A stretch of 64,000 bases of DNA, taken from Octopus vulgaris. Its lineage: Eukaryota. Below, one piece after another: positions 26,182 through 39,677 of the stretch. The notes below the pieces were generated by a model. That model was not told the DNA's origin, searched no databases, and saw only the letters and a program-made list of their open reading frames with translations. The stretch is from contig OX597816.1 of NCBI GenBank assembly GCA_951406725.2, positions 163,680,001 through 163,744,000 of the forward strand, read 5' to 3'. The translations under genes were made by a program, and so were the position numbers. The stretch's first letter is position 1. The number at the start of each line of letters is the position of its first letter.

Positions 26182-26630
26182 TGGTTTGGCTAAGGGTCGA
26201 TCATATTCCTGATAGGATTTATGTGGGTAGCGGGTTACTACCTGTAACCTTAGGTAGCCACAAGTTTTAAGCAGTCTTTCAAAAGCTTAGAACCCTCCTG
26301 ATAATTCTTGCTGTCCCTAAGAGGCAAACTTTCTGTAGGAGCTCTGCCGGGCATTCAATTTCAATCTCCTTCAGTTATTTGTCTATATCTTTACTTACTG
26401 TTTCCAATTATTCTAGGCACGACCTTTACTGTTCTCGTGGTCCAAATTCTTCCTATTTCAAATTTTAAGGGATTGTATTTTTTTGTTTTTGTTTTTGTTC
26501 TTCTTTCCTTACGATCCTGGAATCAAACGGGCATGATGGGTCGATAAGTAAGCAACCTTGCTTTTCCATATCTATAATCGTTTTCTAACTTCTTGTCTGT
26601 TTGAATAGGAAAGTCCCTCAAAATCTTACA

Positions 26631-26632
<2 letters not shown>
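26182..26632 (-). mobile_element. R4/Dong-type LINE family 3, degenerate 3' end
   Basis: KILRDFPIQTDKKLE..CLLIDPSCPFDSRI..LQKVCLLGTARIIRRVLSF*; same family at 28660-28806(-) and 34570-34790(+). Confidence 0.8.
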
Positions 26633-26709
<77 letters not shown>

Positions 26710-26712
<3 letters not shown>

Positions 26713-28295
26713 TAGTTTTATTTTTATTTTTATAGCGTGCTTTCACTTCACTACCGAGCGCAGCTCTGTGTGCCTTGGGTATGTGCTGTGATTTGTTGTG
26801 ATGCTCTGATGGTTATTGTATGGAAAGTGTTCTGCGTAGGATGTGTGCAGTGCCTAGTAGTGCAATTTTCTGTATGTTATATGTGTTTGTAAGTCCTGGT
26901 GTTTTTGTTATGTATTTGTCTGAATATTTTTTTATCGTGCCTAATGCACCTACTATGATAGGAATTGTTTCTGTTTTCAGATTCCACATTCTAGTTACCT
27001 CTATTTCCAGGTCTTTGTATTTTGAGAGTTTCTCCATTTCTTTTAGAGACACGTTGTCATCAGCCGGTATTGATACATCAATTAGAAAGCATTTTTTTCT
27101 TCATGATCTCTGACAACTATATCTGGTCTGTTGGCCTTAATTTCTCTATCTGTGTGTATCGGCATATCCCAGAGTATGGTTGCTTTCTCGTTTTCTGTGA
27201 CCTTTTCTGGTGTGTGCCTATACCATCTTTTTTCTGTTGTTATTCCATAATGTTGGCATAGCTTCCAATGTATGTAGGTTCCAACTCTGTCATGTCTGTG
27301 AATATATTCCTTCTTAGCCAAGACTGGGCAGCTAGAGATAATATGATTTATTGTTTCTTGTCCATCTCCACATATTCTGCAGTTACTTGCAATATTTCTT
27401 TTCATTACATGTTTTTGGTAATTTCTGGTGGGGAGGCTTTGGTCTTGTGCTGCAATTAAAAATCCCTCTGTTTCTGCTTTGAGTCCTGAGCTTCTCAACC
27501 ATTGCTGGGATTTTTCTTTGTCTATTTCTTTTGCGTTTAGTTTAGTCCAGTATTTACCATGAAGGGTCTTTTCTTGCCATCGTTTTATCATGGTTCGTCG
27601 CTGTTCTATTTTTAGTTTGGATTTCATTTGTTTTATAGCTTGTGGGGTTTCTTCATCTTCTTCTTCTTCATGTTTATTAGGTGGTATGATTTCTTGTTTG
27701 TATTTGTCAGCTTCCTTAAATACTGAGAACAGTTTTTTGTTTTGCTCGTGTTTTGCCGCTATCTGGATCAGTTTTCCTTCCTTCTGAAGTAGATATTTTT
27801 GCAGTCCTATGGTGGTTATTTTATAGTAGTTTTCCAGCTGTATAAGGCCTCTACCACCTTCTATACGTTGTATATATAGTCTTTCTATGTCAGATTTTGG
27901 GTGATGCATCCTAGATCCTGTCATTATTTTTCTTGTTTTCCTATCTATTTTGGTCAGTTCATTTCGTGTCCAGTTAAGGATATTGTAGCTGTAACTTATA
28001 ACTGGGACAGCTAAAGTGTTGATACCTATTATCTTGTTTTTAGCATTGAGCTCTGTGTTTAGTATTGATCTAACTCGTCTATAATATTCTTTTTTTATTT
28101 TCTCTTTCATTTGTGTGTGTTGTGTCTTATCTAGTTCATGGATTCCTAAGTATTTGTAAGTTTGGCTTTGGTCTAATTCTTTTATTTCATTGGTTTTATC
28201 TAGTGTGATGTTGTTACTCTTAACTAGTTTTCCTCTTTTCATGGTTACTTTGGCGCATTTTTCTAATCCAAATTTCATATCTATTTCTTTGGTAA

Positions 28296-28296
<1 letters not shown>
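26710..28296 (-). mobile_element. R4/Dong-type RLE LINE family 1, 5'-truncated (RT C-terminus, CCHC finger, PD-D/E-K endonuclease, 3' UTR)
   Basis: ORF 28278-27082: MKFGLEKC, YKYLG, RLY..R.EGGRGL, CRICGDGQETINHIISSCP, RHD, NRPDIVV; continues after a 1-nt frameshift in an A-run (~27095) into IDVSIP..KYKDL..LGTAHILRRTLSIQ* (26813). Flanked by (TAA)n. Confidence 0.95.
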
Positions 28297-28391
<95 letters not shown>

Positions 28392-28413
28392 GTTGTTGTT
28401 GTTGTTGTTGTTG

Positions 28414-28508
<95 letters not shown>

Positions 28509-28561
28509 GACGTCGCACAGCATACAATATTGTGAGGTTGTTGATTGAAGATATTATTATA

Positions 28562-28655
28562 TTATTTTTTCGCATGACAGTTCCGGAGCCAGTTATGAAC
28601 TCCTTTGCATACATCCAATCAGAGCTCAACTTGTGTCCACCTAGTCACGAAAATT
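28562..28655. mobile_element. Terminal fragment of the inverted-repeat element at 32932-33600
   Basis: Near-identical to the reverse complement of 33505-33595. Confidence 0.75.
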
Positions 28656-28809
28656 TGTTTATGTTTTTGTTCTTCTTTCCTTACGATCCTGGAATCAAAC
28701 GGGCATGATGGGTCGATAAGTAAGCAACCTCGCTTTTCCATATCTATAATCGTTATATCTTATCTATCATTTTCTAATTTCTTGTCTGAATAGGAAAGTC
28801 CCACAGGGG

Positions 28810-29470
28810 TTTGTACTGTTTGTCAAATCACAATAAGAACCTCAGACAGACAGACAGTACTTTACGCAATATGCGTGCAGTTCCAAGTAATGCCGACTTC
28901 TGCAATACATCTTGATTGTAGGGTATTTCTGAGGTTTTCAGATGTTTTTTCAGACTGGGTGGTATTGAACCCAATGCTTTGATGACAATAAGGATAACCT
29001 TTATGTTTGACTCTCGTAGCTGCCACATCTTAGCAATCTCAATTCTCAGGTCTCCATATTTATCAACTTTTTCTCTTTCCTCCATGATGACGAGTTGATC
29101 TCCTGGCACTGCCACGTCGATTATTAGGCATTCTTGTTTGTCCCTCCTAAAGGTTACTATATCCGGCCTTCAGTGCTCTAACACTTTGTCTGTCTGGAAA
29201 TCAAAGTCCCAGAGGAGTTTTGCCTTCCCTTTTTTGTCCATTACCTTCTCTGGTGTATGTTGGTACCAAGCATCCGTAAACTCATATCCATACTTATGGC
29301 ATTGTAGCCAGTGGAGAGTTTTGGGCTACTTTGTCGTGTCTACGCTTGTACGCTTTCTGTGCAAGACTTTCACAAGCACCAACAATGTGAGTCACACTTT
29401 CGACCCTCTTCCGACACATTCTGCAGAGGTCCGATGCACTTGTCTGGTATATATTCTTTTTCATGAGTTG
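28810..29470 (-). mobile_element. R4/Dong-type LINE family 4 (CCHC plus endonuclease), frameshifted
   Basis: CRMCRKRVESVTHIVGAC..YKRRHDKVA..WYQHTPEKV..LLWDFDFQTD..RPDI..IIDVAVPGD..LQKSALLGTARILRKVLSV. Confidence 0.9.
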
Positions 29471-29482
29471 GTATTATTATTA

Positions 29483-29523
<41 letters not shown>

Positions 29524-29810
29524 GAGTGAGAGAGCAGTGCATGCCATCAAAGTGACACTGGGGTAAAATATACGAAGCCCAATAAACCCATCATGACTAC
29601 CCGTCTGATAAGGGTACACTAGGCACATGCATCACAACCGTATGTGCGCGACATGGTGATCTCATATCAAGATAAACAGCACATGACCTTGCAGGTGGGG
29701 CGCAGTTAGAATTTTCTTCAGGTCGAGTAACCCATCCCACTCGAAAAGTCCCTGAATAAGGGTTGTTTAAGGATGTTGAACGAAACACCCATGTTTCCAG
29801 AGGTGAATTA
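29524..29810 (-). mobile_element. E1, 5'-truncated copy between (ATT)n tracts
   Basis: Matches 22483-22870 without the 28S insert. Confidence 0.88.
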
Positions 29811-29826
29811 TTATTATTATTATTAT

Positions 29827-29865
<39 letters not shown>

Positions 29866-29866
29866 A

Positions 29867-29931
<65 letters not shown>

Positions 29932-30143
29932 TATTATCATTATTATTGTTATTATTATTATTATTATCATCATCATCATCATCATTGTTGTTGTTATATA
30001 TTGATACGTATGAAGTGAAAACATTTGTTAATTAACTAATTAATTAGATATATTGTTTATATATACAACTGTTTGTCTTTTCTTTATTTTGTTAATAAAC
30101 AGAAAAGAAATCGATTATAAGAAAGCAAGATTATTAACGGACA

Positions 30144-30232
30144 ATTTGCATCGCTGACGTCAAAGGTGTTAGCCTCTGATCCACTCTAATCCGGCAGGTC
30201 GATGACCCACACGCACACACTCCGTTACGTCA
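30144..30232. promoter_or_regulatory. Candidate cis-regulatory cluster (octamer, CRE, TAATCC, CRE-like)
   Basis: ATTTGCAT 30144-30151, TGACGTCA 30155-30162, TAATCC 30187-30192, TTACGTCA 30225-30232 in sequence not repeated elsewhere in the window; motif matches only. Confidence 0.3.
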
Positions 30233-30449
30233 AAAAAAGTTGTCTTCTACACTGCAGAGCAGCGTGTTTCTGCCTCAGTTAAGCGTCATCAGCGCGGTAG
30301 TTGCTTTAGCTTCTCTTCAGCAAAAAAGGAGGATACTTCGACATATACCAATAAGAATACAACATACATACATGCAGACACACGTATGTAAATATGTATG
30401 TGTGTTTCTTTATAAATACTATGTGAGTATATGTATATATATATATATA

Positions 30450-30570
30450 TAAGAATTTTTTGCATAATAAGATAAAAAACCAAGGCTGTGTAGATATTAG
30501 ATCATTTATAGCTAGGTCTTACAGCTGTTTCTAGGATATTTATTAATTATATCCCTCCATAGGAGACAAT
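30450..30570 (-). mobile_element. Repeat with decayed hammerhead
   Basis: GUCU ccuaugga GGGAUAU-loop-AUAUCCU A GAAA CAGCUG UA AGAC (30516-30567): helices intact, CUGANGA box mutated; its 3' end recurs as a foldback at 48245-48392. Confidence 0.6.
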
Positions 30571-30925
30571 GTGAGAGGATAGTTATGTCATAGTTAGTTT
30601 AGATTTATATATGTATGTATGTATGTATGTATGTACTAGCATATGCATATACATGCATATACATATAGTCACGTATATAAAAACACACACTAATACGCTC
30701 CCATACACCTACACACAGAAAAGCAAATATGTGTGTATATGTGATACATTTCTATAAATGTATGTGCATTTGGGTATACGTAACCATACATAAAACACTC
30801 TAATATACGTCTGTATATACATATACATATACATATATACACATACACACACACACATCTAAACGCATAGGAAGTTTGAATACTTTGCACAAATACACCA
30901 TATTCGTAAATTTATGTGTGTGTAC

Positions 30926-30956
<31 letters not shown>

Positions 30957-31242
30957 TATATAGCATACATTTATGTCAGTTATATTGAGCAATGTATATA
31001 TATGTGGATTAGAAAAACAGCTGACAACTGATGAAGGGTCGTTCGTTATGTTGCTTCTCCTCTTTTCCATTTGTTTCTTTCGTTGTTCGCAGATAAAGTT
31101 TACATTCCATGTATTCGTATTTCGTATTTCACATTTTTATATTTTATGTTGTTTACGTTCTGTGACGTCATGTACCCACACATACATATGTATATACGAA
31201 TATATGTACGTATGTATATATGCATATATATATTATTTATAT

Positions 31243-31593
<351 letters not shown>

Positions 31594-32931
31594 CATCATT
31601 CAATATAACAGACATAGACGCATGCTATATGGACTATTTTAGAATTTATATCGATTTATAAATATATAATTTAATGCCACAAGCAACATAGCTCATTTTC
31701 TGTATTTTTTTCTTATTTGTCTGGTGTATGTTATGCTTGATATTTTGTTTATATTACTCCATATAATTTAAATTTACTAATACTTTTTATTGTTTTTAAA
31801 TCTTCTTTAGACTATATACGTTTGTGTGTGTGTGTATATATAAAGGTTTATATATTTAATTCATTTCTGCTTACAATTAACGTACACGCTCATACACATA
31901 CACGCGCATATGGGGTGTGAGTACTTCATACGTTGCTAACTTTGTGATTTTTCTTTCTTTACTTCTTTACTGTTTCTCATTCCTGCATACCTGATCGTAA
32001 AACCATTAATCACTCTACGTTTTTCGTTTCTTCCTCCGGTTTGTATCTTCCTCTCTTCATCGTTTTCTTTCTTCGTTCCATTCTGTAGAAGAGCATAGAC
32101 TCGAAATGTCAAAAACATTTTCATTTTTCCTGAGCGTCAAACTAATACACCATATTTGTTCTTTACTCACCTGTCACTCTCTTCTATTTGTTTATTGTAC
32201 GATTTTGAACTGTGTGTTTGTATGAGGGAGAGGGAGAAAGAGACAGTGAGTGATAGTGCGTGTGCGCGTGTGTGTACGTATTGTTATTTAGGATATTCCC
32301 TGTTTCTATTTGGAAGGTGCGGGTTGTTAGTCGGGTATGTCATGGTGTGGTTAGTAACTTATCTTGTGCATTGATGTTTACTAGAGGATGTGAATAGGAA
32401 CAAAATTTGTTGGTCTATATGTTACTCTATAAACAGTTTAATCAATGCGTAGAAATTTCAATCTTTGTGTTTTATGCAAATAGATTTTGTGGGCTATATG
32501 TTTGTAAATATTTCTTCAATTTTGTTTCAAACGTGGGTATTTTATGTTATTTTAGGCCTCTAGATATATGCGGAAGTGGTCACTATAAAAGATGCATATA
32601 TACTCATGTATAAAATGGGAATAAAAGTAAAATTTAATTTTTTTTAATAATTTTTTTTAAAAGGAAAATTTAATTTTTTTTAAATAATTTTTTTTTAAAA
32701 GGAAAATTTAATTTTTTTTTATAAATTTTTTTTAAAAATATAATTTTATTTTTTTTTTAAATAATTTTTTTTTTAAATTTAAAAATTTAAAAACAATCCC
32801 AAGGTTTAAAGTTTCTACAAATTACTCGAATTGATTATAGACCAACGAACCCCTAGAAAGGGACAAAATTTATAGATACTTTATGTGTTACCTAATGTTT
32901 GTGTGTTTGTGTGTGTGCTGGAGAGGGGGCG

Positions 32932-33600
32932 AAATTTTTTCCCACGTGAGTTCCGGACCCCAGTAATGAACTCATTTGCATACAGCCAATCAGAGCTCGC
33001 CTTTAAAAATCTACATACTGTGTACTACTACAGTACAGCCAGTCAAGCATAGAATGGTGTATGCCACTCTGTGAGTACAGCATAGCAGGTTTCACATAAG
33101 CACGACATTCCCCCTCCACCATCCTCATAGATCAATTGAGCATCATCTCTATATGGAGCTAACATTAGGTACCTATGCTCAGACTGAGATTAGTGATACT
33201 GCATATACTCATTGATATATGCTAGGAGGGCGCAATACGACACGACGCCATATTGATTATGATGTTTCCAGATCAACACCAACATTCTAAATTAGGAATG
33301 TACAAAATCTGTCAAAAAATTAGGAAACTACACTCATTTACATTTTTCAGTAAATTACGCAAATTGGCAACACTTATGGCATCATCGGTGAGTATCTCTC
33401 CATTCACTTTATACTCTAAATTTCATATTTGCCACCCCTATTAACCCGTTTAGAACAGATAGATTTTGCTATAACGCACATTTTCCACTGAACTCAACCA
33501 GAGTATTTTCGTGACTAGGTGGACACAAGTTGAGCTCTGATTGGCTGTATGCAAAGGAGTTCATAACTGGCTCCGGAACTGTCATGCGAAAATTTTTTTC
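32932..33600. mobile_element. Unclassified MITE-like element with ~65 bp imperfect inverted termini
   Basis: AGTTCCGGA.CCAGT.ATGAACTC.TTTGCATACAGCCAATCAGAGCTC at about 32950-32998 and inverted at about 33532-33580; non-coding interior. Confidence 0.6.
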
Positions 33601-33654
33601 GCAGGAGGGGTGTGTGCGTGTGTGCGTGTGTGTGTGTGTCTGTGTGGTGTGGTG

Positions 33655-33725
<71 letters not shown>

Positions 33726-33794
33726 AGTCATTGCCGGTATCGAACCTGTTTAACATACATGCTGAGACCCCCTTGGAGGATAACCTAGAAAGTT

Positions 33795-34072
33795 ATCCTC
33801 CAAGGCACAAGTCCGGGCAAGGTTGTTTTATGGAAGACCAGCAGTCGCCCATGCATACCAGCTTCCCCTCTCCACGCCACCAAGAGAAAGAGAAAGGCTG
33901 ATACAGCTTGGCACCAGTGACGTCGCAACGCATTTCTACAACAGAGTTAATTGGAGCAACGTGAAATAAAGTGTCTTGCTCAAGAACACAACACGCAGCC
34001 CGGTCCGGGATTCGAACTCACAACCTCACGATCGTAAGCTCGACGCTCTAACCACTGAACCATGCTCCTTCA
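33795..34072 (-). mobile_element. SINE-D (tRNA-derived)
   Basis: Head ATGGTTCAGTGGTTAGAGCGTC..GAGTTCGAATCCC (A/B boxes), then GTGTTCTTGAGCAAGACACTTTATTTCAC body. Confidence 0.75.
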
Positions 34073-35045
34073 CACACATACACAACAGATAAACAAAGGT
34101 ACATCATGGTAGAAGTAGGTAAATGAGAAATACCATATTTTATGGCATATAAAATGCACATCTTTAAGAAAAATTGTCTCAAGGAAATCACCATGAGTCC
34201 TAGATGCAAATTTACTTTAAAATTTACATGCTTATGTACATTGAAAGCTTTGTTTATTGACTAAGCACTGCTGAAAGGAGGATGCCGTCTAATACGCCTG
34301 TGCGTATTTTACGCCATCAAAGACATTAAATGTCAGAAAATTCTTTGAAAAAGCTGACAATTGTATCATTTGAAATCACGATCAGATTTATAATTGCTTC
34401 TTGTACTGCAGAGTTAGCAAGAACGACAACAAATGAAAATGATAATGACAACAACAACAATAATAACAATAGCAATAATAATAACAAAATCCGAATATGT
34501 ATTTCAACATTTTGCCTTTATTCAGAGGAAATTTATTTTAGATTTACGTTCAATAATAATATGAAAAATGGTAAACTTCGTGCTTATAATAGTTGGTGCA
34601 TTGGAGACTGTAAGCAGAGATATGAGCAAATGGTTGAAGGAGATTGAAATAGAATGTTCTGTGGAGCTTCTATTGAAAACTTGCCTCTTAAAGACAAGAA
34701 AAGATTATCAGGAGGAACTCAAGCACTTGAAAGACTATTGAAAGAATATGTGTACCTAAGATAGTAACCCGCTACCCACAAATTCTACAAAAGATAACAA
34801 CAAATTTAAGTCAAATCAATGAAAATAATAATGATTTCAAATTTTGGCGCAAGGCCAGCAATTTAGGGGAAGGGGGAAGTTAATTGCATCGACAACAGTA
34901 CTCAACTGGTACTTATTTTATCAACTCCCAAAAAGATGAAAGGCAAAGTCGACCTTGGAGGAATTAGAACTCAGAACACGAAGACAGACGAAATACCGCT
35001 ACGCATTTCGCCCGACATGCTAAGGATTCTACTAGCTCGGCGTCT

Positions 35046-35122
<77 letters not shown>

Positions 35123-35814
35123 CCTTTCTACTTAAGATGACATTACAACCGCGTCGTATTGGATTCTGTCCCGCTACCCCATCTTGGGCAAACGTCTTCT
35201 ACTATAACATTTGGCTGAACAATACATTATGGGTGAATTACAGAGACAGAAACTGTGTAGAAGCTATTTGTACATATATATATATGAATGCGTAGAAGTA
35301 GTGTCTTTGCATCTATGCTTGTCATCACACCACCACCACCACCAACATCAACTACAACCAACTCCACATGCAAATTTCCTAAAATTTTGTCATGGAATTA
35401 AGAAATTACCATAATCCAGACTATGGTAATAAGCGACCGATAAAAACACTTTGGAAAATAAATAAAAACATCTACACGAAAACGATTAGTGGATTTATGT
35501 ATTTTTAACGACATTTTTATGTATTTTTCATTTCATCCAGATGAGGGTACGGCCAGTAAGTACCCGTAATATTGTAATAATTATGACGTCAGTTACATTT
35601 TTTACGCCTGCTGACCTCTTACAGCTTGACGTAAGGTCTCTAACGTAAGAGAGCAGCCTTAGATCGTTTGTAGGTATGAAACCTTGTGCAATATTACTTA
35701 ACATGACCTGTGAGATAGGGTACGGAGGACTTATAGGCTCTTTGTAAACTTCGTCTGTGTTGAAGGTTTCGTTGGTCTCTGGTTTAATTGTTTCTGGTTA
35801 AATACTTTAATATA

Positions 35815-35904
<90 letters not shown>

Positions 35905-36132
35905 AAACCGCGACCTGTTCAGTGACAAAATTCCGTGCTGCATCTCCGGAATTTTGTCGCGGTCTCAAAGCGACGAAAATATTTTGACAAATTGAATTTG
36001 AATGTTGAAGTGAATCTAACGGATTTTGTGTGTTTCTTAAATGGCTTATAAACACCTTCCACGCTGCAATTGTTTACGTTCTTGCACACGATCTCAGATC
36101 AGGTCACCTACTATGCAAGTACATCGCCGTAA

Positions 36133-36182
<50 letters not shown>

Positions 36183-36201
36183 TTATTTATATATATACAT
36201 G

Positions 36202-36350
36202 TGGAGGCGCACGGCCCAGTGGTTAGGGCAGCGGTCTCGCGGTTTCGATTCCCAGACCGGACGTTGGTGTTTATTGCGTGAAAACATCTAAAGCTCCACG
36301 AACCTCCGGCAGGGGCTGATGGCGAATCGTGCTGTACTCTTTTTACCACA
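36202..36350 (+). mobile_element. SINE-C 5' part, internally deleted
   Basis: TGGAGGCGCACGGCCCAGTGGTTAGGGCAGCGG... Confidence 0.8.
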
Positions 36351-36761
36351 ACCGGAGTGCTTCAGATGTATATATAGAATTTTATATATGCACATATCTT
36401 TCTTTTGTCTTTTCTTTATTCGCTTCCGGCATTTGGCTGTGGCCATACTGGAGCACTGCCTTCCAAGTGTTTTGGTCGAAGAAGTTGTGATACATATGTA
36501 TACGTACGTATGTGTATGTATATATATACAGAGAGAGTAAGAAAGAGAGAGGGAGGGGGAGAGAGGTAGATGGGGAAACAGACATAAAGATCTTCATATC
36601 AATATGAATGTCACAGTGTATGTATAATGAAATGAATATCTAGAAATATAATTATAATATACACACCATAACTTGCAAGCATCGGTTTTATATGCTGCGT
36701 AAAAACTGTTGAAAATGATCCTTTGAGTGTTTTCAAATTCCACAAACACGAACACACTGAG

Positions 36762-36796
<35 letters not shown>

Positions 36797-36999
36797 GTTA
36801 TATATATATATACACATATATGTATATGTATGTACACATATATACATACGTATGTACGAATGTGTATGCACTTAGGTGCCATGCGTTTCCATAATATGTA
36901 TATATCTGCAGATATATAAGCATATCTGCTTATAATATATTCGGGCGTATAAGTACATATGTGAAAATTTACACTTGTGAATATATACATGAGAATATA

Positions 37000-37032
<33 letters not shown>

Positions 37033-37225
37033 TACATATTATGACGTAAATGTACGTTTACGTATATCTTTCTTTATTACACATATGTATGTAGATTAGA
37101 CATATATATATATATATATGTATATATGTATATAATACATACATACATACATATATATATACATATTATGACGTAAATGTACGTTTACGTATATCTTTCT
37201 TTATTACACATATGTATGTAGATTA

Positions 37226-37308
<83 letters not shown>

Positions 37309-37791
37309 ATATTACATTTACATACATATTACATTTATGTTACATATATAACATATTATATACGTATAAGTGCGTGCATGTGTATAATCGTTGCCATCTT
37401 GGAAAGCTTGGTATATCTTATAACATCATATGTATATAAATATTACTGTGTGTGTATGCATGTATGTACGCTTGTATGTACTTGTTAATATGTATGTACG
37501 CAGGTCGGTCGGTGGGTCGGTTGGTAGGTAATTGTGCACGTATCAGTACAAGTCTCCTCTGTTTCTAATTATGTCTGTATCTAACATTTACTCCAAATAA
37601 TTGCCTGCTATACATTTTACCTTTCATCGTAGCGGTGTCAATAAACTCAACCCAGCACATTTTGGATGTACGTAACTAAATACTGCAGCTTACAGATGTA
37701 TATATATATATATATATATATATAGGTGTATATATATAAACGAGTGCATATGTGTGTGTGTGTGTGTGCATCTGTGTGTGTATTCTGCATT

Positions 37792-37843
<52 letters not shown>

Positions 37844-37897
37844 TACATATATATATACCTCTGTGTGTGCTTTTACTGCATATGTATGTATGTATAT

Positions 37898-37932
<35 letters not shown>

Positions 37933-38084
37933 TACATATACATATACATATATATATAGGGAGAATTCACAAAAAATCAAAAGACGAAGACAGGTGGTGT
38001 AGACAACAAACAGATGTATTAGTATAACGCTCGGGAAACGGGGATATATATATATATATATATATGGACTTATATACATATATA

Positions 38085-39403
38085 CAGTGTGCGATGGGTA
38101 AATTGTCGCTATTTTATACTTTTACTTTCACGCATGTGCATTGATTGTTTTTGATTTTGTCGACTACACAGTAGAGTGGGGTCAGTTGGACAACGTCTTT
38201 GAGAAAAGCAGCACCATGACGCAGTTCGCTCTTCCAGAAATTTGGAGCCGTCATGCTGTACTGCTTGGCATTCGCGCCGGAAGCTGCAATACAAACATTT
38301 CAGTGTTTGGCTATCAATCTGAGGGCGGAGCAATCTGAGGACATGTACCAAAAGTGATAAAAAATCAAGCTCCCAGTCAGCATCATGGTGTTTGGAGTGA
38401 TCACTAGTGATGGCGACGTTTTGGTATTAATACTGCTTCCGTTGCAAATGAAAAATTTTCAATAAGCCTGCTGGTGTTCAGCGGCATGTTTGTCTAAAAG
38501 GACCCTGGTATTTTATGTATTTTATATATCGTTGCATCAAGATTTGACTGGCATGCAGGGACCGGACTCTTCACACTAATGATTTCTTGTGGAAGGATAT
38601 CACGGCCCTGGATCAAGAGGGTAGTTGCTGGAAGATCCAATATCTGACAACACCATTTCTCACAAGCTGGAAGGACCCAGTCATGGCTATCAGACAATTT
38701 CTGCCACCATACTACCCTTAAATTTTGGCCACCTAACTCCCCAGACTGCATCCAACTTGATTATTATGTGTGGGGCGCACTTGAGCGAGAGACCAACAAA
38801 ACTCCTTGTAACACCAAAGATGAACTGACAGCAAGGATTATGGCAGCATTCACTAACTTAAACAAGGAGACTGTCCAGAACAGTTGCAGAAGCTTCCGAA
38901 GTCGTTTGGATGGTGTGGTTGAAGCCAATGGCGATTTTATTGAATAAACTCATTCTTTAGTATTTCAAGATAGTTTTATGTAATTTAGTGAGATGCCAGT
39001 GTTATTTTCAAAAATAGAAATATTACATTTCTAAATATCTCAGAGAGATATAAACAGTAGTGGTACGATAGATTAGTTGTATACTGTCAACTTAATGTGA
39101 CAGTCCCATGAAGGGAATCACACCACTGCTATTTAGCCCTAGGAAGCATCAACGCTTCTTGTCGGCCTTGACACATTTCCTTATATCTCTCTAACTAGCA
39201 GGCCATGCTACTCCAGACTGATGACGAGCAAAGAGTCAGAAACTAGTTTCAGGATGCAGGCTTAGCTGTGTGGAGGTGCTTATCTCCCCCTTGTAAACAT
39301 AAAGACGCATGGAACTGTCACATTAAGTTGACAGTATACAACTACTCCAGCGTTATTTTCATTTTTGCGTAATATAGATGACAGTTTATTCACCGGACCC
39401 AGT
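38085..39403 (+). mobile_element. Tc1/mariner (maT/DD37D-like) transposon relic
   Basis: PVSIMVFGVITSDG, PWIKRV, FWPPNSPDCIQLDYYVWGALE..C.SFRSRLDGVVEANGDFIE*; degenerate TIRs TA-CAGTGTGCGATGGGTAAATTGTC / GACAGTTTATTCACCGGACCCAG-TA; deletions and insertions. Confidence 0.85.
39011..39346. mobile_element. Hammerhead-bearing insertion inside the mariner relic, with TSD and internal inverted repeat
   Basis: CCAG(T/C)GTTATTTTCA on both sides; 31-bp inverted repeat at about 39074-39104 / 39314-39344; decayed hammerhead at 39213-39253. Confidence 0.75.
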
Positions 39404-39407
39404 ATAT

Positions 39408-39677
39408 ACAGGGTTATTCAAAAGAATGAACCGACTTCATTACGCAATATTTTAGTGAGGAAAACCAATGGAAAAATTCAAGCTAAGTCACACGTATCTA
39501 CTTACAATCAACTTTTATTTCCTGTCTTACGAGTTCAATGTGGCCATCACCTACAACACGGGCAACTTCAATGCGATAATAGAATTCCTCCTAGACGCGT
39601 ATTAGCATATCACGATCCACTGAGTTGATCGCTGTTGTTATTCGAAGTTTAAGGTCGCCGAGGTTAGTGGCTAGCGG
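39408..39677 (-). mobile_element. Second Tc1/mariner 3' remnant
   Basis: [47 protein letters not shown], ending at a TA-CAGGG terminus. Confidence 0.8.

Noticed and set aside
31163-31170. TGACGTCA as a CRE
   Set aside because: Lies within the end of a dispersed repeat related to 63197-63720.
32625-32795. AT-only ~40-bp tandem repeat
   Set aside because: Irregular homopolymer lengths suggest low-quality sequence or simple slippage.
37030-37240. Tandem ~128-bp duplication; similar at 53340-53620
   Set aside because: Ordinary unequal exchange between flanking microsatellites.
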